A stretch of 62,924 nucleotides of DNA, filler included. It is 12 parts of 12 records of this genome, joined end to end, with 100 filler letters (N's around TTAATTAATTAA, not from the genome) between each part and the next. Parts side by side here need not be neighbours in the genome. Positions count along the whole stretch, not along the records: positions 19,317 to 23,057 come from SRR15195285_11; positions 23,158 to 33,123 come from SRR15195285_12; positions 33,224 to 36,450 come from SRR15195285_14; 9 more parts are not named here. The stretch is one strand, 5' to 3'. Numbering within the stretch: the first letter of the stretch is position 1; every line of letters starts with the position of its first letter. Below are positions 20,738 through 33,225 of the stretch, in pieces. A model generated the notes under the pieces. That model was not told the origin of the DNA, made no database searches, and worked only from the letters and a program-made list of their open reading frames with translations. Both the position numbers and the translations under genes were made by a program.

Positions 20738-22720
20738 TCACGGCTTCGGGTGGACCCTCGTCTTTTTGTCTTGCATCTTCATGTTTGTTACAACGGCACC
20801 GAAAGCGAGTAACGACAACACGACCAAGCTGAGCACAGCCATCACGGAAAAAAAGAGAACGTTCGGCCCAACGGCCATGTCGCAAACCAGGCCTGGAATC
20901 ATCTCCGTTGGGATATCGTCGGGTGACTCTGTGCCGACCGGATCCCGAGCAATTTCGGAAGACGTGTAGCTGCCTAGCAGGCCGTTATCTTCGCAGGTGC
21001 ACATAAACTGGTTAGGTCCCAGCTCGAAACCACAGTTGTTGGCCTCCCGTTCTTTCTGTGATTCGGCCTCGGCATCTTCGCAGTCACGGTCACCATACGC
21101 GCACGACGTGGTTCGCTCATCGTCCGCCAGCTTCGCTGCACAGCTGACAGTGTCGTCACAAATGCCACGTTGACACGGCGAACTCGCGCACTCGTCTATA
21201 TCTACGTCGCATCGACCCTCCAGCGTCACGTTGCATTGGCCTACGTATTCCGAGATGAAGTTCTCGGCGCACATGCCGTTGGCCCATCCAGGTTTGCACT
21301 TGCACCCAAAGCTGAAGGCCGGGGCCGTTGCCTCCGTCTCCACGTTTATGCACTCCTCGGTCCCAGCAGTGCTGCACGGACCGCCGTCGGTGTTGCTGCA
21401 CTCAGCGCTGAGAAACACAGTGTGACTGCCTGCGGATGATAGCTGCGCGATCGGTAGCACAACGTCGTGCAATGCCATTGGTACAATTTGAAATGTGTCG
21501 GGCCACGTTCCCCCTAGCTGATGCAATTCATTCCCACCAGACGCAAAGATCTTGCCTGCCTCGGTCCTAAAAAACGACGATCGCGCGCCAGCAACCACAT
21601 GGCGCACGCAGGTACGCTCGTGCCGCAGACCGTCGCTTTGGCACGATGCGCCATCGTCGAATCCAGGGCTATCCCAGCGCTTCACAAGCTCCACGGGCGT
21701 GCGCCGTATAGGGAATAATGGGCCGCGCGCGTCGGCCAGCTGCCCTGAAAGGTTGTCACCAACTGCAAAGATACGGCCAGTATTGTCGCAGAACAGCGAA
21801 TGGGCAGCCCCCGCCGCCACGTGAACTATCCGTGGTGGTGGAGACACCGGCCACTGATCGATCAAAACTGCCAGGTTCCGCTTTTGATCTGGCACGCCTA
21901 TTCCGAGCTGACCGCGGTCGTTGCCTCCGACCGTGAAGACCCGACCGTCGCTATCTAGCAGCACTGAGAAGGTCTTGCCAGCGGCAACCATGGAAATGAT
22001 GGTGTCGTTCGAGAAAGGCTCGCCAGTTGGACCGAGCGTTGGTGTTGGCGTATTGATGTTTGTGAAAGACCCCGTGCCCAGCTGCCCGTGCTCGTTCAGA
22101 CCAGTGACTAGCACGCGACCGTCGATCGTGCGGAAGAGCGAGTGCGATCCTGCCTGGTTGGCGGCCACCTGCGCCAATCTGTCTGGGCATGGCACGACTC
22201 GCGGCTGCCTGTTGTACTGGCTTGATTCTGGCAGGCCCAGTTGACCGAAGCTGTTGAAGCCTACTGCATGCGCCACTCCTTCGCTGTCGAGGAACAAAGA
22301 ATGAGTGCGTCCCGCTGCGATCTGCACGATGTGGTGTGCGCCGAGGCTGGTGACCACCACCGGCTCGCGTGTGGACGGCACAGTCTGCTCGTCGATCAGC
22401 TCGAAGAAGTCGTTATACCCTGAGGCCAGAACACGGCCGTCGTGAGTGAGGTACAGCGTGTATCCTGTCGCGCCCGACGGGTCGTCGCCACTGCTGGCGG
22501 CCACTTGCCGAACAGTGTTCGTCAGGTTGCCGTGCTGGCCTAGTTCAGGGTCGTAGTACCGCGTGATCTCCTTGGGCACGGCCGCGTACGTATGCGTTCC
22601 GTCCCCGAGCTGGCCACATCCGTTGCTGCCCACTGCGAACACGCGGCCGCCACCCACGCGAGACGGCGCAAAAGCGATCAGCGAGAGTAGACTGACACAC
22701 CGTCGCCATGAGCAGTTCAT
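20738..22720 (-). CDS. Type I membrane protein: signal peptide, RCC1/BLIP-II beta-propeller, EGF-like repeats, TM helix
   Basis: Repeated G.N..GQLG and (V/I)AAG..H(S/T)LF RCC1 motifs. cbEGF-like DIDECASSPCQRGICDD. TM VLFFSVMAVLSLVVLSLLAFGAVV. N-terminal hydrophobic leader. Confidence 0.82.
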   Translation of the reverse strand: MNCSWRRCVSLLSLIAFAPSRVGGGRVFAVGSNGCGQLGDGTHTYAAVPKEITRYYDPELGQHGNLTNTVRQVAASSGDDPSGATGYTLYLTHDGRVLASGYNDFFELIDEQTVPSTREPVVVTSLGAHHIVQIAAGRTHSLFLDSEGVAHAVGFNSFGQLGLPESSQYNRQPRVVPCPDRLAQVAANQAGSHSLFRTIDGRVLVTGLNEHGQLGTGSFTNINTPTPTLGPTGEPFSNDTIISMVAAGKTFSVLLDSDGRVFTVGGNDRGQLGIGVPDQKRNLAVLIDQWPVSPPPRIVHVAAGAAHSLFCDNTGRIFAVGDNLSGQLADARGPLFPIRRTPVELVKRWDSPGFDDGASCQSDGLRHERTCVRHVVAGARSSFFRTEAGKIFASGGNELHQLGGTWPDTFQIVPMALHDVVLPIAQLSSAGSHTVFLSAECSNTDGGPCSTAGTEECINVETEATAPAFSFGCKCKPGWANGMCAENFISEYVGQCNVTLEGRCDVDIDECASSPCQRGICDDTVSCAAKLADDERTTSCAYGDRDCEDAEAESQKEREANNCGFELGPNQFMCTCEDNGLLGSYTSSEIARDPVGTESPDDIPTEMIPGLVCDMAVGPNVLFFSVMAVLSLVVLSLLAFGAVVTNMKMQDKKTRVHPKP

Positions 22721-23813
22721 TCTCGGGCGGGGTTGCGCGTAGGTTCCCAAGCAGCTGGTCAGCAGCAGCAGCAGCAGACGCAGCAGTGTGCCAGTGATAG
22801 CACAGCGGTGTAGGGATCAGACGTTATATCGAATGCAGAATAATCTATCAATATATCCAATATCGTTGGGCCAGGCAGGAATTCCTCGCGACGAGTACAA
22901 AATACGGCTGGGTTCATTGACACATTGAAAGAACAACTCAGGATGACAGAAGAATCAGCCGGGATGGAATCAGACTTTTCAATGAGTCGCGACCGTGTGT
23001 CACTGTCCATCAGCTGTTGCATCACCTCTACAGTACATTCGGGTAGGACTGAGGGATNNNNNNNNNNNNNNNNNNNNNNNNNNNNNNNNNNNNNNNNNNN
23101 NTTAATTAATTAANNNNNNNNNNNNNNNNNNNNNNNNNNNNNNNNNNNNNNNNNNNNAGGTCACAAAGCGTGTTCGAGGAGGTCCACTGACGCACCACAG
23201 ACTTGCCGGCGAGCGCAGGGTGGTGCAGCTAGCTGCTTAGGGGTGAGCCGCCTTGTTTTAGTTTTGCACTAACTCAAATCGGTCACCCCGTCTAAACCGC
23301 CGAATTCGCTACTTCCGAGATTAAAGAGCATGCGAATGACCTCGAGACACGTGGGTTGGGCCGCCGCGTTTTCGACACAATCTAGGAGCGCTAAGAGCGC
23401 TATGGGTTGTTGGATGATCGCTACCGAGTGTTCGCGAATGGACATTTGGTTTGTGTTTTATTTTTTATGAATCGCAGACTTTTGCCCGTAGCGCATCCGC
23501 CGCCTCGTCCGTACCTAGCCTGATGGTGATGATGCCTTTGCGGATGCGTGCAGTAGTAAGTATACGCTACACGATCGACTGGCGCAGGTGCTAATTATGA
23601 CTGTGTCTGCCTGGATGTTGAGATGTAGGTGGTTCGGTGCGGTTTTGCGTGTGCGAATGCCAGGGTCGAGTGACGGTTTAACAGCCGAACGCAGCTCCTC
23701 GAGCCCATTAGCGGTGGCGCACAATCATCAGCATTCGGTACGTACATGTACTGGTCATGACATGCTCGGAGATCCAATCTTGCGCGTGAGAAGTCATGCT
23801 CTCCGTCGTTGCG

Positions 23814-26800
23814 TCAAAGCAGCGCTTCTCGCTCGGTCCGATTCTCCGTCATGCCAGATGCGTCAGATGTGTCTTTGGCCGCTACTTGAGCACCGGGACA
23901 TAGTGGCTCCACAGCACGCTTGGCCGTGAACTTGTTGGCACGGGAAAAACCCAGCATTGGATACCTGACATGCGAGCCGAAATGACAATAGCTTAGCCTA
24001 CGCTATGTCGGTCGTTTGTCAGGGCGTCTAATGAAACTATGGTTGGTGCGCGCTGAAGCTCAGCAACAAAGATGTTCAAGCGAGTAGCCGATGCATGGGC
24101 GATAATCATAGACGAAGGGCGCCACTCTTGGCCAATCAGCAAAGAGGTATGGAGTGCGCTCTTACTGCATTAGCTTGATCGCGACAAGCCACCTGTTGCG
24201 AGCTCGCGTCCAGGTCTTGAGCTCCAGAGCGCTCTTGGCCTTGCCCCACTGTTGGCAATCCTGGTCGCTGTCAGCGCACCCCTCGCCACGGGAACGAAAC
24301 ACAAGCTTGCGTGGTGACTCAATGTTGGTGGCTTTCAGCAGCTCCCACGCGGCCACATTCATCAGGGGGTTGTTTTGAAAAATGCACTGGAGCACCATCG
24401 CTTGGTACGATTTTGAACCGGAATCGAGTTCCGCATAGCGCTCAAACCAGCCTGGCAACGGCGATTCTGCAATCGATAGGACCGAAAGCAGACCGATGAC
24501 GACGAAGAGCACAATTCTCACGGCGGCAGCCTTGGCACCCTTTGTCACGGCCAGGAACAGCGCCCAGATATCGTAACATCCGTAGCAGCGACGATTGCGC
24601 GCCGCACCGTCGGTGGCCACGCCGAAGCGCAGTGACGGTCCGTACGTGTATTTCATTACCCGTTTCTTGACGAGCATCGTTGCGAGCATCGGAATGATGA
24701 CAATCAGCAGCGCACCAAAGTTTGATGCAACGTAGTCCGCGACAACACGTGCGACCACGGGCCAACAGAACGGAAAGATCACGAGAGTCCAAAGGAGCAA
24801 GAGTATATGGACGGCGAGCGCGGAGTTGGCCACGTGCATCCCAACGAAGTTAATTGCGTCGAATGGTCGAGCCTTCGACTCAATTGCCTTGACACGAATA
24901 CCCACACGTGCCATAAGAACTTGCTGTCGAAGCTCCATAAAGACCTGAACCTGGGTGAACAAGAACATTGCAGTTGTGATGCAGAAGGCCAGGATAAATG
25001 CTAACCAAATGGCATCGATGAGCCCATCTGCAGTCAGCCACGACGTGCGCAAAACACAGTAGGCGATGGGATCAGCGCTCGTAGCGGGGGGTGGGGAAGG
25101 GGCGGCAAGTTGCGTCTCTAAGCTCTTAAAAAACGCAACTAGAAGACACAGCGAACTTTCGGCTCATTTGACTCACCAATCAGGTCGATGATATGGTCGC
25201 GTTGCACGTACGCGTATTCAGCTGCTTCATTGGGTAGCTCCGCGCCAAAACTTTCATAGTACAGAGTCTCCATTTGTACCTGCTCTCGTCCCGCCCAATA
25301 GCAAATCAGTATGACTCCTGGGTAGATCGATTCGCCCATGCCAAAAGCTTTGCTCTCGACTCGTACAACTATTGCACGGAGTCAGTACAAGAAATGTGGA
25401 AATGGTGTTGCTGGTCTTGTTGCGCAGCGTTCCCATTGAGTGCTTAGTGTCGCGTGCGATACTCGCAAATTTGATGCAAGTCATGCAAAATATCATCATG
25501 CTGATCGAAGCCGAGATACATAGGCGGCTTGGGAAGAAGAACGCGTCCAGGTTGGGCCCAAAAACATTTTGAAAACATTTCTTCAGCTGATGGGAGTACT
25601 TCAATTGTTTTCCAAGGGATACTGCGCGAGCCCGCTTATAGATTTCCGCCACAGTGGCATCGCGCCTAAAGTCAAAGAGATAGTCTGGCAGGCCATTCAA
25701 ATGCAAAATAGAATTGTGCTCATTGGCATATTGCACGATCAAGCGAGAAGTTGGCCTTCCAGCAGCTGTCGCCTCCAAAAAAGCTGACGTGGACGCTTTG
25801 GACGTTTCGGCTAAGAAGCGTGCTTGCACCCGCTGCGTCTCCGATACCTCTGCGTCCAATCCTTCCGCCCCGTATTGCTCGAGGCGCTGTTGCAGTTCAG
25901 TGCAAAGCTCAATAGTTTGCTCAGCATCTTTCTTGCACGCCTTCGCGTTTTGATACTCAGCGCTGTCCTCGTCCTCGATCTTCGCGAGAGCCTTATTGGT
26001 AGCTTCGATCTGCTGTTGCATGTTTGTCATGTACTCGGTACACATTGCCGAGAACTCATTCCTGGTCGGCGAGTTCAACCAACCGTGATACCATTGCTCA
26101 GCATTTGCTGTGCTATCAAACATGCGTTTTGCGTACGCATAAAATGTACGTTTTCGGATATTGACGTGCTGTACCTTGTGACCCAGTGATGTGCGGGTAA
26201 ACACCATCAGCCCAAGCAGAATGAAAATGATTAGAATCAAATCGCAAAGCAACAGAATATAAAGACCCTCCTTGTCCTTCCATGCACTGCCATCGGCATG
26301 GTACTGAAAATTCAGCCAGCCCAAGATAACACCTGACATGACCAGGCTGATCAGCATATTCCAATCCCATCGACCATCGTTGTCAAAGGCGCTGTTGCCA
26401 ATGAAGACCGACGCAAAGAGTGCGAACATAATCAACTTTTCGATCCACATCATCGTTTGGTACTCCCAAGTCTTCGTGTCAAACATTTCTACCACCACAC
26501 TCTGTTCGCTGGGCGCAGATGCGATACCAAAAGTGTACGCACGCAGAACGTACTCCCCTGCAGCTGCAGTCACCATTTCCATGTCCTTAAACACCCACTC
26601 TTTCGTGTCGTCGTCAAAAGAGCCAGTCCATCCGTTGCTCTGTCCCGCAGGTCTGTTCGTGGAATTAGCGTTGCCACGTTGGCGCAGGTACGCGTTTGTA
26701 GCCACGACTTCCTTTCCTGGTGGCTGGAGCAGCTTCGAACCTTCCACAATCAGGTTCACAGCTGCCGTGACAGTTTCGACCGGGTCCTGGTTCTGCGCCT

Positions 26801-29800
26801 CCACGCTGTGGTCTCTCGCTTTCTCAACAAGTTCATCGAATGACAGCTGCCTTTGAGGATACTTGTCAGACACTGAAAGCCGCACAGTGCTGACAGGGCA
26901 TGCACCAACATTTTCGCAATATTGGCTTCCTTCTACATTAGTAGCACTGAGTCTGATCTCAGGGAGTGGAACGATCAACGGAAAATCCTTCTTGTATCCG
27001 CAGTTGGCAGCATCGCTGTCTCGCACTCGCCAGCCATTGCAGCTTGAAGAAGGTACGCCGTCAAATCTTGTAAACGTCGACGAGCCCACCTCGTTTATCA
27101 GAGTAAACGCCTTGCTCTTTGCAGACAACTTGCCTACTTTGAAACTCACGCCATAATTTCCGCTCATTCCTTCTCGTGTCATGAGTGTGAACGTCGCTAC
27201 ACCGTTCTCATCCGTCAGTTCGCGAGAAGTGCTCGGGTCCAATGTTCCAGATACACCGTTGATGATCGATGCAGCATTTGTGTCACTACTCAAGCAGTCA
27301 CCTGCGGTGGTCTCTAGTGAACCACCTAGGGTGCTGACTCGCTTTAGCATCTGCGTCTGCAATTCTGCGGTTACCTCGCCATTAATGAAAGAGAACGTGC
27401 ATGTGTCATCCTGATACTTGCATGCACCTCCAGTAACACCGGTGCAGTCGTCTTGGGTTGTGCAGCTGGCACAATCCAACACTGAACATGTGCCACGCTG
27501 ACCAAGCTCAGCGGCAAGTTCACTTGGCATGATGCCACTTGACACTGCAACAGCCCCAGCAAATTCCTCTTCGATGGCTGCCTCCACAAGCTCTTTTGCT
27601 TGGGCTGCAGTGACACACACAGCCGCATCTTTGGCACGAAGGAACGCTTTCATGAGAAACTCTTGCGGAGTTTGAGCCGGGCCGTCCGGGTGGACCAAAC
27701 TAGCAGTTATCTCCTTGAATGCAACCGGTGCCCCTTCCGCCGTCAACCTCACACGGATCTCAATCACTTTACCCACCCACACCTGCCACCAACACAAAGC
27801 GGGCCATCGCGCACTCGATCGACTAAGCGCATCATCCAGGGCAGTCGTTGTGGCAAACTTGATACGATCCTATGTATGTCTACGTGGTGTGGGTGAAGTG
27901 CGTGGGTGGACTATCTGGATACGAAATACGCCCAGAAATCGCTGGGTTGTTCCAGCGCATGTAGTTACGTTTCATCACGTGCAGCTGGTGTGCTTGGCAT
28001 TTGCAGCAGACAAATTTCTGTGGGACGTACAAATTCAGGCGGGTCATTTAGGAGTGATATGGTGGTCGGCTCATTTAGGACTTTGACCGTCCGTGTTTCC
28101 TCACTGCATCTACCCGCGTTACCATACCCTGTCACTGTGTCGGACCAAAGTGACGCAAGGGGTGAGGCAGACCGAGTGATACGAAGGGTGAAATGCTGCC
28201 ACACAAATGTGGGCCGTCGCAGAGAACACACCTGTGCCGGGATACAGCGCTTCGGCCGAGCAGAACTGCAGGTTGATCTCTTCGCCAGGTGCCGCGTGGC
28301 GCAATTTGGGCATCACCTGTGCCTGATCGCTGAAAATGGTGAAATCCCTCTCATCCAGGACAGCAGAATCAAAAGCTTCCTTGTACGAGCAGCTGGATTC
28401 AAATTCGCTCTTGATGCCTGTCTCAGTGCCAAATAAGATGCAGACAGAGTCTGCCAGCTTCTTTTTGGTGTACTTGGCAATGGCTCGTGGAGGAATTGAG
28501 AACTCTTTTGCGGAATTCTTCACGGCTGCTGGAATCGTAACTGTAACAGTTAAGCCATAGCCTCCATATCTTAATGTCTGGTCTACTGGATCGACGACCT
28601 CTTTGGGCATCAAAACGTCAGCCGCGTATGGTCGGGAAACCCTGATGATCGGATGGGCAGAGAACCCTGCCCTGCCTTCTGTTAGGGTAGCGGAGGGCTG
28701 TTCCACGATTGAGACAGTGTCCAGATTTGAGAAGCACATCTTGGCACCTAGCGCCGAATATGCGTTGGATCCAATGTTTGCATTTTTGTCGCGATGCCCT
28801 TGTACTTCGAAAGGCCGGAATGGCACCGCAAAATAGCGCGGCTGATAGCACCTGTTCGCTTCCACCGAAAACGGGATTAAGAACTGGAACTCTGCCACTC
28901 CATCGGGTCCACTGCGACAAGACTGTTTCATGCCACGAGTTTCCGGAAACAATCGTGTGCATGTTCCTTTACCATTGGCCGCGGAAACAGCCATACAGTC
29001 CTCTCTTAATCTGCAACCGACAAGGCCTTTCGCAACTGAAATGTTTTTGCTGGTTATCCAGGTGTGACCAGCTGCATGGCACGAGTCTGAGTCGTGCTCT
29101 GGGACGCTCAGTTGCAAGTGCGCGTCGCCCTCAGATGCTGCCCCAACAACTGATGCCCAGGTGTCCCAAACTCCGTGGTCAGCATTTGTGTCGTCGGAGC
29201 AGAGTGAAGGATAGCACTCGCTGCCTGTGGATTCAACCCCGTCGTGCCAATCGTAGGTTGTACTACAGGCCGTACCAGCCCCACCGTCTGCCACCGCCAA
29301 GGTCTCGGTTTGGAGCAACCCGAGGTCAAATTGGCCGGCAGACATGGGGCGGGCCAGCGACTCTGCATCGTCTTCAGTGTTGAATTCAAACGCCGCCTCA
29401 GTCGCGTCGCCGATCTGCGGCGCTGGAACTAGTGATGCCATCACTTGATATCCCGCGAGTGGAGTGCCACTGGTATCCTTGAGCCGCACCTTGGGCGCAG
29501 TTTCACCAATCCCAAAACCGATCGGCACGCCTTTGAACCCGCCCTGTTCACCGACGGCAGCTTCCTGGACTATCTCGATGGACCCTATTGGATTCTTCAC
29601 AGAGTAGCGAATCACTGGCGATGTTGCACCGTACCCCGCAATTGTGAATCCAAATTCTCCTGGGAAGCCTCTCCTAGCGATAACAGCGAAAAAGTGGTGA
29701 TAATCATTGCCAAATTGCAGGGTGCGGATCTGCACGCAACCCCACTCATAAACGATGGTCCTGATGCCGGTGGGACTCGACCGAGAGCCCAAAGAGACAT

Positions 29801-32800
29801 GGACTGTTGTGTCTTTGATCGGAATTTTGGCCTGCAAGCCTTCGTATGCAAGCATGTACGGTGGCAGCTGCAGCACCTTTACTTCCAGTTCATCGACAGC
29901 ATACGGTACGACATGCGAGTGTTCATCGTCGTAAAAATCTATTGTGAAGCCGAGCTTCGAGACGAAGTCGGCCATGTCGCTTGAGGTCCAGAAATCAGGA
30001 GGCGTGCCTGTACAAATGCCGGCAGATGAGCAGTCGTTGGCAGCGACCGCGCGTTCAAGGGGCGCCCACAGCAGCTTTGTGGCAGTCTCGATATCAGATT
30101 GAGAGTCCAGCACGTGAGTTCCGTCGATGGCATCCAGAGGAGAGTCGCGAAAGTCTGATAGCTTATCGCCGATCCTTGGGTCCATACCGTGGAGGCTGAT
30201 GAACGCAATCTGCGACCTCCAAGTAACGCTCTGTACGGTTGAGCTGCACGCTGGAACGCCGTCGCCGTACTCGGCCACAAAAGGCGAGTCGACCGCGAGC
30301 CGATTTGGCACAGCGTCGACCACATACCGTATCGTACCAGAAACTCCAGTAAAGCACATGTAGTTCGCCATGCCGGCCTTGAATTCGTTTTCAAAAAATA
30401 CCTGCCCATGAGAATCTATGCGGAAGAATGTCAAATGGGACAAAATTGGCGCATGGTCCCCTACTTCTTTATCGTCGAGAACCCGCAGGCTCAAATCCTG
30501 TTTCACAGGCGCAAGAAACATCAGTTTTGTGCTGGCGCGCACCACCATTGGGACCTATCCTGATTGTTCGAAAGCTTTCAACAGACAGTGTTCAAGAACC
30601 AACTGAACATTTGGCGCGAAAATGGGCATGCGTACCAGGCAGTCGGTTGCACTGTCGACGCTCCCATTATCCGGTTCCTCATCTGCGGTCTCAAGCAAAG
30701 CGCACAGGGGAAGCTCGTCGTTGTCAGCGTTGCGCGCGTGGACGGAGACGGTGCTTATATCGATACACCGTGACAAGAATTCGGCCACCTCGTCATGTAT
30801 TTCTGCCAGTTCCGTTTGCATAAATGCTGGTGGCATCCCATCCAAATGTACACGTTGACAGGCCCACGCGCCTTCCTGATGCACGGAGGCCTGGTCCTTG
30901 GCAATTTTAGCCTCTGTACGTGGTGCAACTCCTATTGCTGTCCGTTCGCTAACGGTTGACTGTACGCCATCGATGGTCACGCGGAGGCGCGCAGTTGGGC
31001 AGGAAGTGTCAGAAGTTTCCACGCAGTCGGGATCAGCAACTGAAGGTGGGATGGCGACGAACTCGCACTGAACGACAGCCAGACCATCACGCGCAGTCTC
31101 GGACCGCAACCCGAGAGTCGGGTCTACATTGACAAGCAGCGACGAACCCACAATTGCAGAACCATCCATTGACACCAGATCAACTTCGCTAACACGCTTT
31201 CCCGCGATCGGCTCGCCGTTTGCATCGGATGCTCTCACAATCAGGGTTTCCTGCATGTTCTGAATCGTCTTGGAGGCTCCAGCAGTTTTTTTCGCCCCTT
31301 GCTGGCCACCGAACATATTGAGCAATACACGTCCTTCAGTGAGGACCTCGACCGATGCGATTGAAGTCTGCACTCGGATCAGGGGCGATAGATCCGCGCT
31401 CACAAATCCACCCATGGCAAATCGCAGACGATAGTTCCCGTGGTGTCCACGGACTGAGAACGCGAGCGCGTCAAATGTAGCACAGCCGTTGGAGTCCGTC
31501 AGCGTCGAGACAGGGTTGAGCAGATCTTTGTGGTGGACGGCGCCCTCGCCCTCGTCATTTGGCTCGTACATATTCATGAAGTGGTGACCGTCAGCGATAG
31601 CTACGAGCGCAATTATCTTTTCGCCTACCAACGGTTTGAGAGTGGCCATTGAGAAATCAAGGTTTTCAAAATATTCGTAACTTGCACAAACCCGTAAGTT
31701 TTCTGTAGGCAGCGGTAGTCCTTCCGTTATGGTGATGTCGGTGTCAGCCACAGGATCTCCGTTGGCGTGCATTTCGGCAGCCTCGGAAACTGAGGTACCA
31801 TCGGCAAAGGTCAAAACGATGGACGATGGAAAGCTTTGCAGTTCTGACATCCAGAGGTCATAAGTCAACAAGATTGGTGGTACATAGACGGGCGAAGTTT
31901 CATCCTCAATTCCATCTATCGCCCGTTCGCCTTTGGCAGATTCGGATGACCAGGACACCACGGTGCCTTCACAATAAAAGTATAGGTACGTCCATGCTTG
32001 CGTTGCAGCGGTGACTTTGAACTTTGAGAATGTGGCAACGCCGTCAGCATTGGTAACGGCCGTCGCACCCTCAACAAGTGCGTATGCTTGCCCAAACATG
32101 TGGTGCGTGGATCGCCCCCTCATTCGGATATCTGGCCGGTCACCTGCAAACACTGTCACTCTTCTTCCTTCGAGGCGTCTCCACTCGTCGGATAGTACCT
32201 CGACTTGGAAGGTTGAGAAAGTCTCGTTGAACTTCACTTGATACGGTGGGATGCTCTTCGGTTGGATGTGCAGTACTGTGGAGAGCACTTCAATGACGGC
32301 CGAGACAGGCTCAGCGACGCTGTCTTCCTCAGTGCCAGAGACGCCGAACTCGAGATGGTAAATCCCCGTGGGTCCACCCTCGAACTTGAGATCGGTGAAT
32401 CGTGTGTCGCCCCATGCGTCTGTAGAGTTGAGACCACCGCTCAGGCCAAGTGCGCACGGAGCCGAGATCTGCATGCCTTCGAGGGTGCCCTGCAACTCCT
32501 GCAGCGTACTGGTGGTGCAATCCAGGGTGTCGTGGGTCTCTGTGACAAACATGGACTTGACTGTGGCTGTGATCACGCGACCGCCAAGAAATTCGCCGTC
32601 CTCATCCATCGCCTGCACCCCGGGTGCGTGCGCCAGCGCGTCGCCCATGTAAACAAACGCGGGTACGGTCGAAGAAAACGCGATCTCGCTGATCGTGGTC
32701 TTGGGCACGACCTTCTCCACCGCCAATAGATCGAACGTGAGCAGCAGATACATCAGCACTGAGACAAGCACAGTCAACAGCCGCAGCCGCGTCCGGTCCT

Positions 32801-32825
32801 CGATCAGGTCCTGGAACATGCCCAT
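23814..32825 (-). CDS. Giant (~2,700 aa) membrane protein: N-terminal TM, bacterial-Ig (Big_1/invasin)-like repeats, C-terminal STRA6/RBP-receptor-like TM domain
   Basis: Five listed ORFs join in frame through GT-AG introns 30635-30555, 28231-28135, 28030-27783, 25388-25280, 25176-25028 and 24165-23965. C-terminus LDSGSKSYQAMV....NNPLM and RARNRWLVAIKLMQYPML..R match STRA6 DPGY..Y....HP and RARARWGLAYTLLHNP.L..FR. Repeats of T(D/N).(D/N)G.ATF..L....G.Y.L.F. Confidence 0.72.
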
Positions 32826-32951
32826 CGCGCCAGCGCTACCCTGAAAAGTCACGACACGCCGACCACCCCCCTGTCCTGCTTCTGCCTGCCGCCGGCTCGT
32901 GCTCGTCGGCTCGCCCTAGCTGCGGTCTCTCACGTCTCAGCGCTGGACGCT

Positions 32952-33048
32952 AAATGACAAAAGCCGCCGGCCGCCGCCGGAGCGCGGGAGCGGAGCGGAG
33001 CGCCGGAGCGGAGCGGAGCGGCGAAGCGGCGAATGACAAAACCCGCCG
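32952..33048. repeat. (GGAGC)n microsatellite bracketed by direct repeats AATGACAAAA.CCGCCG upstream of the STRA6-like gene
   Basis: AATGACAAAAGCCGCCG near 32953 and AATGACAAAACCCGCCG near 33032 flank GGAGC repeats. Confidence 0.55.
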
Positions 33049-33225
33049 AACCGAGCGGCCGGCGAGCGAGCCCAGGTCGATTCTCATCAGTATAAAATCA
33101 ACCTCTGGTACGCCCTGAATAAANNNNNNNNNNNNNNNNNNNNNNNNNNNNNNNNNNNNNNNNNNNNTTAATTAATTAANNNNNNNNNNNNNNNNNNNNN
33201 NNNNNNNNNNNNNNNNNNNNNNNAC

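Noticed and set aside
24162-32852. Operon of separate ORFs, frameshifted pseudogene, or TAG readthrough at 30555
   Set aside because: Every break is explained by a phase-compatible GT-AG intron; the TAG is the 3' splice acceptor.
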